Below the pieces are notes generated by a model that was given only the letters and a program-made list of their open reading frames with translations, was not told where the DNA came from and ran no database searches. From Vicinamibacterales bacterium (GTDB lineage: Bacteria; Acidobacteriota; Vicinamibacteria; Vicinamibacterales; UBA2999), in assembly GCA_050250645.1 (NCBI GenBank), contig JBFWOG010000005.1, positions 22,942 through 86,941 on the forward strand: 64,000 bases of DNA, written 5' to 3'. This document shows, one piece after another, positions 30,400 through 39,522 of this stretch (position 1 is its first letter; each line of letters opens with the position of its first letter). The position numbers and the translations under genes are program-made.

Positions 30400-31935
30400 A
30401 TGGGCGGCCACCACTTCGACATCGTGATCGTCGGCAGCGGCGCCGGGGGCGGCACGCTGGCCCGCGCGCTGGCCGGCAGCGCCGCCCGCGTCCTGCTCCT
30501 CGAGCGGGGCGACGGCGTGCCCGAGGAGCCCGAGAACTGGGACCCGTGGGCGGTCTGGCGCGACCTGCGCTACCGGGCCGCCGACCGCTGGCTCGACGCC
30601 GAGGGCGAGGCGTTCCAGCCGTACACGCACTACAACGTCGGCGGCAACACGCGGTTCTGGGGCAGCGTGCTCTACCGGCTGCGGCGCGAGGACTTCGGCG
30701 CGCTCGAGCTCGAGGACGGGCTCTCGCCCGCCTGGCCGATCGACTACGCCACGCTGGCGCCCTACTACGACCGGGCGGAGCGCCTCTACGAGGTCCACGG
30801 CGAGACCGGCGCGGACCCGACCGAGCCCGCGCGCGGGCCGTACCCCTACCCGCCGATCCCGCACGCGCCAGGCATGGCGTCGCTCGTCGAGCGGCTGCGG
30901 GGGCTCGGCCTGCATCCGTCGGCGCTGCCGCTCGGCCTCAGGCGGCCGGGCGAGCCGGGCGGCTGCGTGCTCTGCAACACGTGCAACTCGTTCCCCTGCC
31001 GCATCCAGGCGAAGAGTGACGCCGCGGTCTGTTGCGTCGGGCCCGCGGTGCGGGCCGACAACGTGACGCTGTGGACGGGCGCGCGGGCGACGCGCGTGTT
31101 GACCGACCCGTCGGGACGCGCGGTGGAGGCCGTGGAGGTGGAGCGGGGGGGCGAGACGCTGCGCGTCGGCGCCGGCCTGGTGGTGGTGTCGTGCGGCGCG
31201 GTGAACTCTGCGGCGCTGCTCCTGGCCTCGGCCACCGCCGCGCACCCGGCGGGCCTGGCCAACTCGTCGGGCCTCGTCGGCCGCCGCTACATGGCGCACC
31301 TGGCGACGATGATGCAGGGGTTCCACCCCTTTCGCGTGAACACGGACGTCTTCCAGAAGACCGTCGCCCTCAACGACTACTACTTCGGCGGCCCCGGCGG
31401 CGGGCCCCCGCTCGGGCAGATCCAGTCGCAGGGCCGCACCCACGGGGTGATGGCGCAGACCGTCGTGCCGTGGATCCCCCGCTGGGCCTACGACGCCTGG
31501 GTGGCGCGCGGGGTCGACTGGCTCGTCATGTCCGAGGACCTGCCCGTGGCGGAGAATCGCGTGACGCTGGAGCCGGACGGGCGGATCCGGCTGACCTACC
31601 GCCCGAACAACGTCGGCGCCCACGAGCGGCTGGTCGCCGAGATGCGGCGGCTGCTGCGACGCCTGGGCTTCTGGCTGTCGGTCGCGCACTCGCACAAGAC
31701 CCGCAACACCACGCACCAGTGCGGGACGGTCGTCTTCGGCACGGACCCCCGGCAGTCCGTGCTCGACCCGTTCTGCCGGTCGCATGACGTCCCGAACCTC
31801 TTCGTCGTGGACGCCTCGTTCTTCCCCTCGTCCGCCGCGGTGAACCCCGCGCTGACGATCATCGCGCAGGCGCTGCGGGTCGCCGACCACATCCGCGAGA
31901 CGCACCTGGGGGACAGGAGTCCGGGACCTGTCTGA
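30400..31935 (+). CDS. GMC family oxidoreductase
   Basis: FDIVIVGSGAGGGTLARALA (FAD motif) and a C-terminal GMC signature, HQCGTVVFG...VVDASFFPSSAAVNPALTI. Confidence 0.9.
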   Translation: MGGHHFDIVIVGSGAGGGTLARALAGSAARVLLLERGDGVPEEPENWDPWAVWRDLRYRAADRWLDAEGEAFQPYTHYNVGGNTRFWGSVLYRLRREDFGALELEDGLSPAWPIDYATLAPYYDRAERLYEVHGETGADPTEPARGPYPYPPIPHAPGMASLVERLRGLGLHPSALPLGLRRPGEPGGCVLCNTCNSFPCRIQAKSDAAVCCVGPAVRADNVTLWTGARATRVLTDPSGRAVEAVEVERGGETLRVGAGLVVVSCGAVNSAALLLASATAAHPAGLANSSGLVGRRYMAHLATMMQGFHPFRVNTDVFQKTVALNDYYFGGPGGGPPLGQIQSQGRTHGVMAQTVVPWIPRWAYDAWVARGVDWLVMSEDLPVAENRVTLEPDGRIRLTYRPNNVGAHERLVAEMRRLLRRLGFWLSVAHSHKTRNTTHQCGTVVFGTDPRQSVLDPFCRSHDVPNLFVVDASFFPSSAAVNPALTIIAQALRVADHIRETHLGDRSPGPV

Positions 31936-31936
31936 C

Positions 31937-32227
31937 GATCCGCGGAGGCACGCGGATGAACGCGGAGGGGATCACGCTGAGCCCGCCTGTGGCTGCAGTG
32001 ACGGACAACGTGAGGGCGGGGGCGACACGCCCCGGGGACTGTCGGAGCCGGCGGCTGCCCGTTCCGGGCAGCCGGGTGCACGGGAGAGCGCCGGACGAAC
32101 ACGCACCCCGGACGCCTACGCGTGCTCGTCCGGTGCTCTCTCGTGCGCCCGGTCGCGCCGCGGCGCGGCGCGGCCGCCGGCCGCTCAGCGTGACGCCTTC
32201 CGCGTCCATCCGCGTCCATCCGCGGAT
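31937..32227. repeat. 291-bp element bounded by 45-bp imperfect inverted repeats, with nested hairpins (MITE-like or structured RNA)
   Basis: The left arm 31937..31982 matches the reverse complement of the right arm 32183..32227 at 39 of 45 positions. Internal perfect hairpin GGCTGCCCG-ttc-CGGGCAGCC at about 32050..32070. A second hairpin has arms gagagcgccggacgaacacgc / gcgtgctcgtccggtgctctc. Confidence 0.8.
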
Positions 32228-32236
32228 AAGATCCCC

Positions 32237-32803
32237 GTGGGGCCCTGCCGGGCCAGCAAGGAGATCGCGCACGTGAGAGCCCGCTCGTTCAGCCACGTCG
32301 GCATCACCGTCAAGGACTTCAACCGCTTCGTCCAGTTCTACTGGGACGTGTTCGGCTGTCCGCTCGTGGGCGTCGCCGACACCCCGCCGGAGCGCGTGCG
32401 CAGCTTCTTCGGCGTCGATGCCGAGGCGCCCACGTGCAAGATCGGCTGGATCCGCGTCCCCGGGGGCGCCGTGCTCGAGATCTTCGAGTTCCAGCCGCAG
32501 CTGGACGCGGTCGAGGTGCCCTGGAGCCGCGTCGGGCAGACGCACTTCTCGTTCAACGTGCGGAACACCGACAAGTGGCACGACTACCTGGTCGCCAAGG
32601 GCGTCGAGATCGTCTGCAAGCCCGAGCGCTCGCCCCGCGGCCACACGTTCTTCTTCGCCCGGGACTGCGACGGCAACCTGATCGAGCTGATGGACCTCGG
32701 CTACATGCACCACGTCCTGAACTGGCTCGGCCCGCTCGGGGGCTGGCTCTTCAGGCGCGGCATGTACAGGCAGTACTACGGCGACCGCGTCACGCGGTCC
32801 TGA
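32237..32803 (+). CDS. VOC (glyoxalase/bleomycin-resistance/dioxygenase) family protein
   Basis: FSHVGITVKDFNRFVQFYWDVFG...GAVLEIFEF...HFSFNV...DCDGNLIELM. Start uncertain (possibly GTG at about 32273). Confidence 0.75.
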   Translation: MGPCRASKEIAHVRARSFSHVGITVKDFNRFVQFYWDVFGCPLVGVADTPPERVRSFFGVDAEAPTCKIGWIRVPGGAVLEIFEFQPQLDAVEVPWSRVGQTHFSFNVRNTDKWHDYLVAKGVEIVCKPERSPRGHTFFFARDCDGNLIELMDLGYMHHVLNWLGPLGGWLFRRGMYRQYYGDRVTRS

Positions 32804-32830
32804 CCCCCACAGGCGGGCGCACCGCCGTGC

Positions 32831-33802
32831 CTACTTCTTGTCTTCCGGCCGCCGCCGCCAGGCGTGCGCCGCCAGGGCGGCGAGCTGGCCGGGGGTGAGC
32901 GGCGGGGCGTCGGCGGCGCCGAGGTTCATCTCGACGTGCCGCGGCCGGCGCATGCCGGGAATCGTCGTCGTCACCGCGGGGTGCGCGAGCACGAACCGGA
33001 TCGCGGCGTCCGGCAGGCTCAGGCCCCATTCGCCCACCAGGGCCTCGAGCGGCGCGAGGCGCCGCATCGTCTCCGCCAGGTGCGCCGGGGTGAAGTACGC
33101 GTTCCTGAAGTCGCCCTCCGGCCACGTGGCATCGGCGGTGAGCGTCCCTGTCAGGCTGCCTTCGTCGAAGGGCACCCGCGCAATCACCGCGACGCCCAGC
33201 CGCGCGCAGGTGGGGAAGAGGACGTCGGCGGCGGACTGGTCGAAGATGTTGTAGACCACCTGCACGGCGTCGACGAGCCCGGTGTCGAGCGCCGCCAGGA
33301 CGTTCTCGGGCATCCACCGGTTCACGCTGATGCCGAAGGCGCGGATCAGGCCCCGGCGCTTCAGGTCCTCGGCCGCGCGCTGCCACCCCGTGTCGGCCGC
33401 CCAGCTGTCGTCCCACACGTGGAGCTGCTGCAGGTCGATGGCCTCGACGCCGAGGTTCTCGCGGCTGCGCTCCGTGCAGCGGATGACGTGGTCGTACGGG
33501 AAGACCCGGCTGACGGGCGTGGTGCCGCGGCCCGGCCACACGCCGTCCTGCGGCGGCACCTTGGTGGCGGTGTAGAGCCGGGCGCCGGGATGGCGCCGGA
33601 GCAGGGCCGCCAGGAGCCGCTCGCTCTTGCCGTCGCCGTAGGCCCAGGCCGTGTCGAAGACGTTGCACCCGCGCTCGACCGCCAGGTCCAGGGCCCGCGC
33701 CGACTCCTCGTCGTCGCTGCCGGTCCAGGCGCCCATGCCCCACATGCCGTAGCCGACGGCGGAGAAGTCGAAGTCGATGCGCGAGACACGTCGATGCTGC
33801 AT
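32831..33802 (-). CDS. Aldo/keto reductase
   Basis: GYGMWGMG...FDTAWAYGDGKSERLL...GISVNR...IARVPFDEGSLTG. 323 aa. Confidence 0.9.
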   Translation of the reverse strand: MQHRRVSRIDFDFSAVGYGMWGMGAWTGSDDEESARALDLAVERGCNVFDTAWAYGDGKSERLLAALLRRHPGARLYTATKVPPQDGVWPGRGTTPVSRVFPYDHVIRCTERSRENLGVEAIDLQQLHVWDDSWAADTGWQRAAEDLKRRGLIRAFGISVNRWMPENVLAALDTGLVDAVQVVYNIFDQSAADVLFPTCARLGVAVIARVPFDEGSLTGTLTADATWPEGDFRNAYFTPAHLAETMRRLAPLEALVGEWGLSLPDAAIRFVLAHPAVTTTIPGMRRPRHVEMNLGAADAPPLTPGQLAALAAHAWRRRPEDKK

Positions 33803-33876
33803 CGTGCCAGTCTAGCCGCTCAGGCGCCCTGGCGTGGGAGAGGCCCGCGGGGACCGGGTCCGCGGGGCGGGCGGAC

Positions 33877-34959
33877 TCAGTCCGGCCGGCCGCCGGAGGG
33901 CCCGGTCGGCTCGGCCAGCGCCGAGCGGAACGTGGTGCCGAACATGTGCCAGGCCGTGACGAAGAGCGCCGCGAGGATCGGACCGACGATGAAGCCCGTC
34001 GCGCCGAAGAGCAGCAGGCCGCCGAGCGTGGAGAAGAAGATGAGCAGCTCGTGCATCTTCGTGTCCTGGCCCACGAGGCGCGGCCGGAGCAGGTTGTCGA
34101 CGCTGCCGATGATGAGGGCGCCGAAGAGCGCCAGCGCGATGCCGCGCCCGACCGACCCCGTCGCCATGAGGACGATGGCGGTCGGACCCCAGACGATCGC
34201 GCTGCCGATCCCGGGGATGATCGACAGCACCGTCATCACCGTGCCCCAGAAGATCGCGCCCTCGACCCCGATCGCCCAGAACGCCAGCCCGCCGAGCGTG
34301 CCCTGGGCCGCGCCGATGAGGACCGTGCCCTTGAGCGTGGCCCGGGTCACCGACACGAAGGTGCCCAGCATGCGCTGCTTGTCCGCGTCGGTGAGCGGCA
34401 GGTAGGCCGTGACGCTGGCCAGCAGGTTCGGGCCGTCGATCAGGAAGTAGAACATCGTGTAGAGCAGCACGATGAAGTTGAAGACGAACACCGCCGTCGC
34501 CCGCGTCGTCGCCGACAGCGCCGAGAAGAGGAACGCGCTCGTGCTGCCGACCAGCTCGCCGGCCTTGGTGAGGATCTGCGCGCGGTACGGCTCGATGTAC
34601 GTGTAGCCCGGCAGGTCGCGGAGGCGGCTGTCGACCTCGCCCGGCCCGTCGACCAGGAGCTGCAGGCGCGGCCGGACGGTCTCGGTCATCCGCAGGGCCT
34701 CGTTCGCGCCCGCCCCGAGCACGGCCAGCAGGGGCGCGATCACCAGCACCAGCAGCAGGAGCAGGGTCGCGATGGCCGCGACCGGCTCGTGCCCGCCGAG
34801 GCGCCTCACGATCCACGTGTAGGCGGGGTAGACGAGGCCGGTGAAGATGGCCGCCAGCAGGATGGTCAGCAGGAACGCCTGCACCATCGCGATGAAGGCC
34901 GCGGAGATTGCGATGACGAGCACGAGGAGGAACGCCTGGCGGAAGCGGGTCTCTATCAT
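33877..34959 (-). CDS. AI-2E family transporter (PerM/YhhT-like)
   Basis: 360 aa with about eight TM segments. Typical central and C-terminal layout (VLSIIPGIGSAIVWGP...GLLLFGATGFIVGP). Confidence 0.85.
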   Translation of the reverse strand: MIETRFRQAFLLVLVIAISAAFIAMVQAFLLTILLAAIFTGLVYPAYTWIVRRLGGHEPVAAIATLLLLLVLVIAPLLAVLGAGANEALRMTETVRPRLQLLVDGPGEVDSRLRDLPGYTYIEPYRAQILTKAGELVGSTSAFLFSALSATTRATAVFVFNFIVLLYTMFYFLIDGPNLLASVTAYLPLTDADKQRMLGTFVSVTRATLKGTVLIGAAQGTLGGLAFWAIGVEGAIFWGTVMTVLSIIPGIGSAIVWGPTAIVLMATGSVGRGIALALFGALIIGSVDNLLRPRLVGQDTKMHELLIFFSTLGGLLLFGATGFIVGPILAALFVTAWHMFGTTFRSALAEPTGPSGGRPD

Positions 34960-35224
34960 CGCGGGAACTCGACGGGCGCGCAGCCCGGCCGTCCCGAGCC
35001 TGACACGGATTTCGGCCGGGGCGCAAGCCGACGCCAGGCGGCGTCGTGACGGGGAGCCCTGGGGGGGCGGGCAGGCGAGCGACGCGGACCAGGAACGCCA
35101 CGGCGGGCTCCGGGTACCGCAGGTGCGAGGTCGGGTGCGTGGGCGGAGCCGCGTGCCGGACGGGGCCGACCGCGCGGGCGTGGCCCCGGCAACAGGACGG
35201 GGCCACGGACCCGGCCGGACGGCG

Positions 35225-35485
35225 CTAGGCCTTGGCCTTGGCCTTCGGCTTCGCCTTGGTCTTCGCGCTCCGGGCGCGGGCGGTCGTCTTCGGGGTGACC
35301 CCGAGATGCGCCACCTGCTCCGCGTCGGGCGTGACGAGCTGGAAGAGCGGCGTCGCGACCTTCAGGTCGAGCTTGACCAGGCCGTGCCCGAACTGCACGT
35401 CGACGTGGTCGCCCGACCGGAACATGACGCATCCGATGCCCCACTCGTCCCGGGTGCGGTGCTGGATGTACTGGCCTTCTTTCAC
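35225..35485 (-). CDS. Small DUF3553-like protein with a Lys/Ala-rich tail
   Basis: ORF 35225..35617 trimmed to GTG 35485, which is preceded by AAGGAAGG. Sequence VKEGQYIQHRTRDEWGIGCVMFRSGDHVDVQFGHGLVKLDL... The upstream part of the ORF is antisense to the tRNA. Confidence 0.5.
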   Translation of the reverse strand: MKEGQYIQHRTRDEWGIGCVMFRSGDHVDVQFGHGLVKLDLKVATPLFQLVTPDAEQVAHLGVTPKTTARARSAKTKAKPKAKAKA

Positions 35486-35556
35486 GGGTGTGTCCTTCCT
35501 TCGTGCTGGCCCGTGGCGGGCGAGCAGCGGCCGATGGGAGTGGGCGCGGAGAGACG

Positions 35557-35632
35557 TGGAGCCGGCGGTCGGACTCGAACCGACGACCTGCTGATTACGA
35601 ATCAGCTGCTCTACCAACTGAGCTACGCCGGC
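35557..35632 (-). tRNA. tRNA-Thr (anticodon CGU)
   Basis: Minus strand reads GCCGGCGTAGCTCAGTTGGTAGAGCAGCTGATTCGTAATCAGCAGGTCGTCGGTTCGAGTCCGACCGCCGGCTCCA. It has a 7-bp acceptor stem, anticodon loop TTCGTAA, T-arm GTCGG-TTCGAGT-CCGAC, and an encoded CCA. Confidence 0.9.
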
Positions 35633-35743
35633 CAGGCGTGACGGCGCGCCTCAACGACGCGCAGACCCACGATATTACCACAGTCGAGCCGCCATCCGCA
35701 GGCGGCCGTCCGCCTGCGCTCGGCGGCCACCCAGGGCGGGTCG

Positions 35744-36733
35744 CTACGCGGCCCGGGCCATGACCAGCATGAACCGTCCCGGGTCCGCCACCCAGCGGTT
35801 GGCCGGCTCGAACCCCGCCGCGCGCAGCGCGCCCTCGAAGGCGCCCACCTCGTACTTGTACGAGCTCTCCGTCCAGATCGTCTCGCCGGGGTCGAGGTCG
35901 AAGACGATGCCGGCGGCCGGGATGGCGACCCGCTGGCTGACCTGGCTGACCAGGTGCATCTCGACGCGCGAGGCCTCCCGGTTCCAGACGGCCTTGTGCG
36001 CAAAGCGGCCGATGTCGAAGTCGGCGCCCAGTTCCCGGTTGAGGTGCACCAGCAGGTTCTTGTTGAACGCCGCCGTCACGCCGAGCGGGTCGTCGTAGGC
36101 GAGCTGCAGCTCGCGTTCCGACTTCACCAGGTCCGCCCCGATCAGCAGGTGATCCCCCGGCGCGAGGGCCGCCCGCGCGTCGCGGAGGAACCGCGCCGCG
36201 CCGCCCGGGTCGAAGTTGCCGATGTTCGAGCCGAGGAAGAGCACCAGCGCGTGCTCTCCACGGCCCCGCGCCCGCGACGCCTCGACGAGGCCGGCCTCGT
36301 AGGTGCGCTGGTGCGTGACGACGGCGATGCCTGGCAGCTCGCCGAGGCGGTTGCCCGCGTTCTCGAGCGCGAGGGCGGAGACGTCCACGAGGTGCACCTG
36401 GCGCGTGCCCGTGGCCGGGAGCACGCCCGCGCGCAGCAGCCGCTCCAGCTTCTCGCCGTTGCCGGGCCCGAGCTCGATGACGACCGGGGGCGCGCCGGCG
36501 AGGCGCAGGATCTCGGCGCCGTGCGCGGCGAAGAGCCCCCGTTCCGCCCGGGTCACGGGGTACCAGGGCAGCAGGCAGATGGCGTCGAAGAGCGCCGAGC
36601 CCAGCGGGTCGTACAGTCCGCGCGAGGGCAGCTGGCGTGGCTTCTCGAGCAGGTACTGCCGGACCTCGGCCGCGAGCGCGGCCCGGGCCTCGGTGGCCGC
36701 GTCGGCCCGCGCCGTCTCGGTGACCTGGCTCAT
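35744..36733 (-). CDS. egtD: L-histidine N-alpha-methyltransferase (ergothioneine biosynthesis)
   Basis: ORF 35744..37771 trimmed to ATG 36733 (MSQVTETARAD...). LYDPLGSALFDAICLLPWYPVTRAE, ELGPGNGEK, LGSNIGNF, ESSYKY. Overlaps the egtB stop by 4 nt. Confidence 0.85.
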   Translation of the reverse strand: MSQVTETARADAATEARAALAAEVRQYLLEKPRQLPSRGLYDPLGSALFDAICLLPWYPVTRAERGLFAAHGAEILRLAGAPPVVIELGPGNGEKLERLLRAGVLPATGTRQVHLVDVSALALENAGNRLGELPGIAVVTHQRTYEAGLVEASRARGRGEHALVLFLGSNIGNFDPGGAARFLRDARAALAPGDHLLIGADLVKSERELQLAYDDPLGVTAAFNKNLLVHLNRELGADFDIGRFAHKAVWNREASRVEMHLVSQVSQRVAIPAAGIVFDLDPGETIWTESSYKYEVGAFEGALRAAGFEPANRWVADPGRFMLVMARAA

Positions 36734-38076
36734 GCCGTCCCCCTGACCGTCCGGAACGTGGCGTAGACGTGCGGGTAGTGCGCGCGGAACCAGTTGCGGA
36801 AGCTCGGGCGCAGCAGCTCGCGGGCGGTCGCGGTGGACGCGCCCTTCATGACGAAGTGCTGCCCGTCGAAGAAGTCGGCGGAGTACTCGGGGTAGCTGTC
36901 GATGGGGACGAAGCCGGGGAAGCCCGCGAACACCGTGGCCGTCCACTCCCACCCGTTGCCGAGGGTGTCGTCGAGGCCCCAGGCGGAGCGGCCCGCCGGG
37001 TGGGTGCCGACCGGCTCCGGCTCCCAGCTCGCGAAGTCGAAGACGCCGCGCGTCGCGTCCGGCGGCGCATCGCCCCACGGGTACCGCCGCGGCGCGCCGT
37101 CGGGCGCGCCGTACATCGCGCGCTGCATCTCGGCCTCGGTCGGCAGCCGCCGGCCGCGCCACCGGGCGTAGGCCGACGCCTCCGCGTGGCTCACGTAGAC
37201 CGGCCAGCGCTCGGGGAGGGGGAGCGACTCGAACATGCCGTGCCACCGCCACTCGCCGGCCTCGCGGCGCCAGAACGGCGGGTGGCTGGTGCCCGAGGCT
37301 TGGACCCACGCCCAGTCCTCGGGGCTCCACCACTGCGGGTCCTGGTAGCCGCCGGCATCGACGAAGGCCATGAACGCGGCGTTGGTCACGTTGTGGCGAT
37401 CGATGCCGAAGTCCGGCACCGTGGTGGTGATTCCCGGAAACTCGTTGTCCCACCCGAACGGGACCTCGCCCCGCGCCGCGCCCAGGGGCACCGTGCCGCC
37501 CGGCACGACGATCTCCTCGGGCGTGGCGCCTGGGCCGTCGGTCACGACGCGGTAGCCGGCGGGCGCGCGCTTCATCGCGTGCGGCAGGCGGTGCCACATG
37601 TAGAGCAGCGTCTCCTGGTGCATGGCCTCGTGCTCGAGGATCGCGTGCACGGCCTCGGCGCCGTCCATCAGGGGACGGCCGGGCTGGTCGAGGTCGGCCT
37701 CGGCCAGCGCCTGCAGCACGCGGCGGTCGGCCTCGGCGACGAAGCGCCGCACGGTCTCGCGATCGGGCCACGACGTGTGCGCGTCGGCGGCCGCAGGCGT
37801 CCCGGCCCCGTCGACCTCGGGATCGATCCCGCGCGCGAACAGCCGCTCGAGCCCCTCGTCCACGCCGGGCTCGCCCAGGCCGCGCTTGACGAGGGTGTTG
37901 AGGCTGAAGGCCGGCAGGTGCCCGTCGTAGAAGACGACGGGGTGGCGCAGGGCGATGGGCTGGGCGTAATAGGCGTCGGGGACCAGCAGGTCGAACAACT
38001 GCGCGGTGCGCGCGCGATTCCTCCGGTACCAGTCGAGCGCCTGCCCGCGGTCGATGCCCGCTCCTGTCGTCAGCAT
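36730..38076 (-). CDS. egtB: Ergothioneine sulfoxide synthase (DinB_2 + FGE-sulfatase domains)
   Basis: ORF 36730..39390 trimmed to ATG 38076, preceded by GGGAGA. HPVVFYDGHLPAF, EHEAMHQETLLYM, GWDNEFP, and C-terminal GNGWEWTAT...RNWF. Confidence 0.85.
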   Translation of the reverse strand: MLTTGAGIDRGQALDWYRRNRARTAQLFDLLVPDAYYAQPIALRHPVVFYDGHLPAFSLNTLVKRGLGEPGVDEGLERLFARGIDPEVDGAGTPAAADAHTSWPDRETVRRFVAEADRRVLQALAEADLDQPGRPLMDGAEAVHAILEHEAMHQETLLYMWHRLPHAMKRAPAGYRVVTDGPGATPEEIVVPGGTVPLGAARGEVPFGWDNEFPGITTTVPDFGIDRHNVTNAAFMAFVDAGGYQDPQWWSPEDWAWVQASGTSHPPFWRREAGEWRWHGMFESLPLPERWPVYVSHAEASAYARWRGRRLPTEAEMQRAMYGAPDGAPRRYPWGDAPPDATRGVFDFASWEPEPVGTHPAGRSAWGLDDTLGNGWEWTATVFAGFPGFVPIDSYPEYSADFFDGQHFVMKGASTATARELLRPSFRNWFRAHYPHVYATFRTVRGTA

Positions 38077-38157
38077 GGTTCTCCCTTCGAAGCTCGTCGG
38101 TAACCGCATCGGCCTGACGATTGCAGTATAGATGCCACTCACCACCCTGGAGGTTTC

Positions 38158-39510
38158 ATGTCCGCGCGCTACGATCTCGTCGTCATCGGCACCGGCACGG
38201 CCGGGAGCACCATCGCCACGACCTGTCGCCGGGAGGGCTGGTCCGTCGCCGTCGTGGACCGCCGGCCGTACGGCGGCACGTGCGCGAACAGGGGGTGCGA
38301 CCCGAAGAAGGTCATCGTCGGCGCCGCGCACGCCTTCGACCAGGCGCACGCGTTCCTCGGCAAGGGCCTCTGGTCGGAGGGCCTCCGGATGGCCTGGGGG
38401 GAACTGCAGGCGTTCAAGCGGACCTTCACCGATCCGGTGCCCGAGTCCCGTGAGGAAGCGTACCGCACGGCCGGCATCGATCGCTACCACGGCACCGCGC
38501 GGTTCACGGGCCCCGCCACGGTCGAGGTCGAGGGCACGACGCTCCACGCCCGCCACGTGGCCATCGCCACCGGCGCCACGCCACGGCGCCTCGACGTGGC
38601 CGGGGCGGAACACGTGCGCACGTCGGACGACTTCCTCGACCTCGCCCGCCTGCCGGACTCGATCGCCTTCATCGGTGGCGGCTACATCTCCCTGGAGTTC
38701 GCGCACGCGGCCGCGCGCGCCGGCGCGCGGGTGACCGTGCTGCACCGCGGCAGGCGGATCCTCGAGGGCTTCGACCCCGACCTCGCCGGCGCGCTGGCCG
38801 AGCGCAGCCGCCTCGCGGGCATCGACGTCGTGCTCGGCGCCGAGGTGACGGCCGTGTCGCCGAACGGCGCTGGCGGCTTCGATCTCGCCGTGGACGGCGC
38901 GGAGGGCCCGCGCACGGTGGCCGCGGCGCTCGTGGTACACGGCGCGGGGCGCGTCCCGGATCTCGGGGACCTCGACCTGCCCGCCGGTGGCGTGGCGCAC
39001 GGCCGGCGCGGCGTGGCGGTCGACGACCGCCTGCGGAGCGTGTCGAACCCCACGGTCTACGCGGCCGGGGACGCCGCCGACACCGGCACGCCCGGCCTGA
39101 CGCCCGTCGCGGGGCTCGAGGGACGCATCGCGGCCGCGAACCTCCTCGGCGGTGACGAGCGCCTCGACGCGGGCCAGGTCCCGAGCGTCGCGTTCACGCT
39201 GCCGCCGCTGGCGCGCGTGGGCCTGCTCGAGGCGGAGGCCCGCGAGCGGGGCCTCGCCGTCGAGGTGAAGCACGGCGACACGTCCGGCTGGTTCTCGTCG
39301 CGCCGCCTGGGGGAACCCGTCTCGGCCTTCAAGACCCTCGTCGAGACGGGCACGGGCCGGCTGCTCGGCGCGCACCTGCTCGGCCCGCACGCCGACGAGG
39401 TCATCAACGTCTTTGCCCTGGCCATCGCCCGGGGCCTGACGGTCGCCGACCTGAAACGAGTCACCTGGGCCTACCCGACGAACGGCTCGGACATCAGCTA
39501 CATGCTCTAG
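38158..39510 (+). CDS. FAD-dependent pyridine nucleotide-disulfide oxidoreductase (glutathione/mercuric reductase-like)
   Basis: YDLVVIGTGTAGSTIA, redox CxxxxC GGTCANRGCDPKK, a second Rossmann IAFIGGGYISLEFA, and a dimerisation-domain tail. Confidence 0.85.
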   Translation: MSARYDLVVIGTGTAGSTIATTCRREGWSVAVVDRRPYGGTCANRGCDPKKVIVGAAHAFDQAHAFLGKGLWSEGLRMAWGELQAFKRTFTDPVPESREEAYRTAGIDRYHGTARFTGPATVEVEGTTLHARHVAIATGATPRRLDVAGAEHVRTSDDFLDLARLPDSIAFIGGGYISLEFAHAAARAGARVTVLHRGRRILEGFDPDLAGALAERSRLAGIDVVLGAEVTAVSPNGAGGFDLAVDGAEGPRTVAAALVVHGAGRVPDLGDLDLPAGGVAHGRRGVAVDDRLRSVSNPTVYAAGDAADTGTPGLTPVAGLEGRIAAANLLGGDERLDAGQVPSVAFTLPPLARVGLLEAEARERGLAVEVKHGDTSGWFSSRRLGEPVSAFKTLVETGTGRLLGAHLLGPHADEVINVFALAIARGLTVADLKRVTWAYPTNGSDISYML

Positions 39511-39522
39511 GGCCGCACACCA

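Noticed and set aside
35486-35617. N-terminal 44 codons of ORF 35225..35617 (MVEQLIRNQQVVGSSPTAGS...)
   Set aside because: This peptide is the classic antisense translation of a tRNA gene, and the region is tRNA-Thr. The CDS was trimmed to a GTG start with a good RBS.
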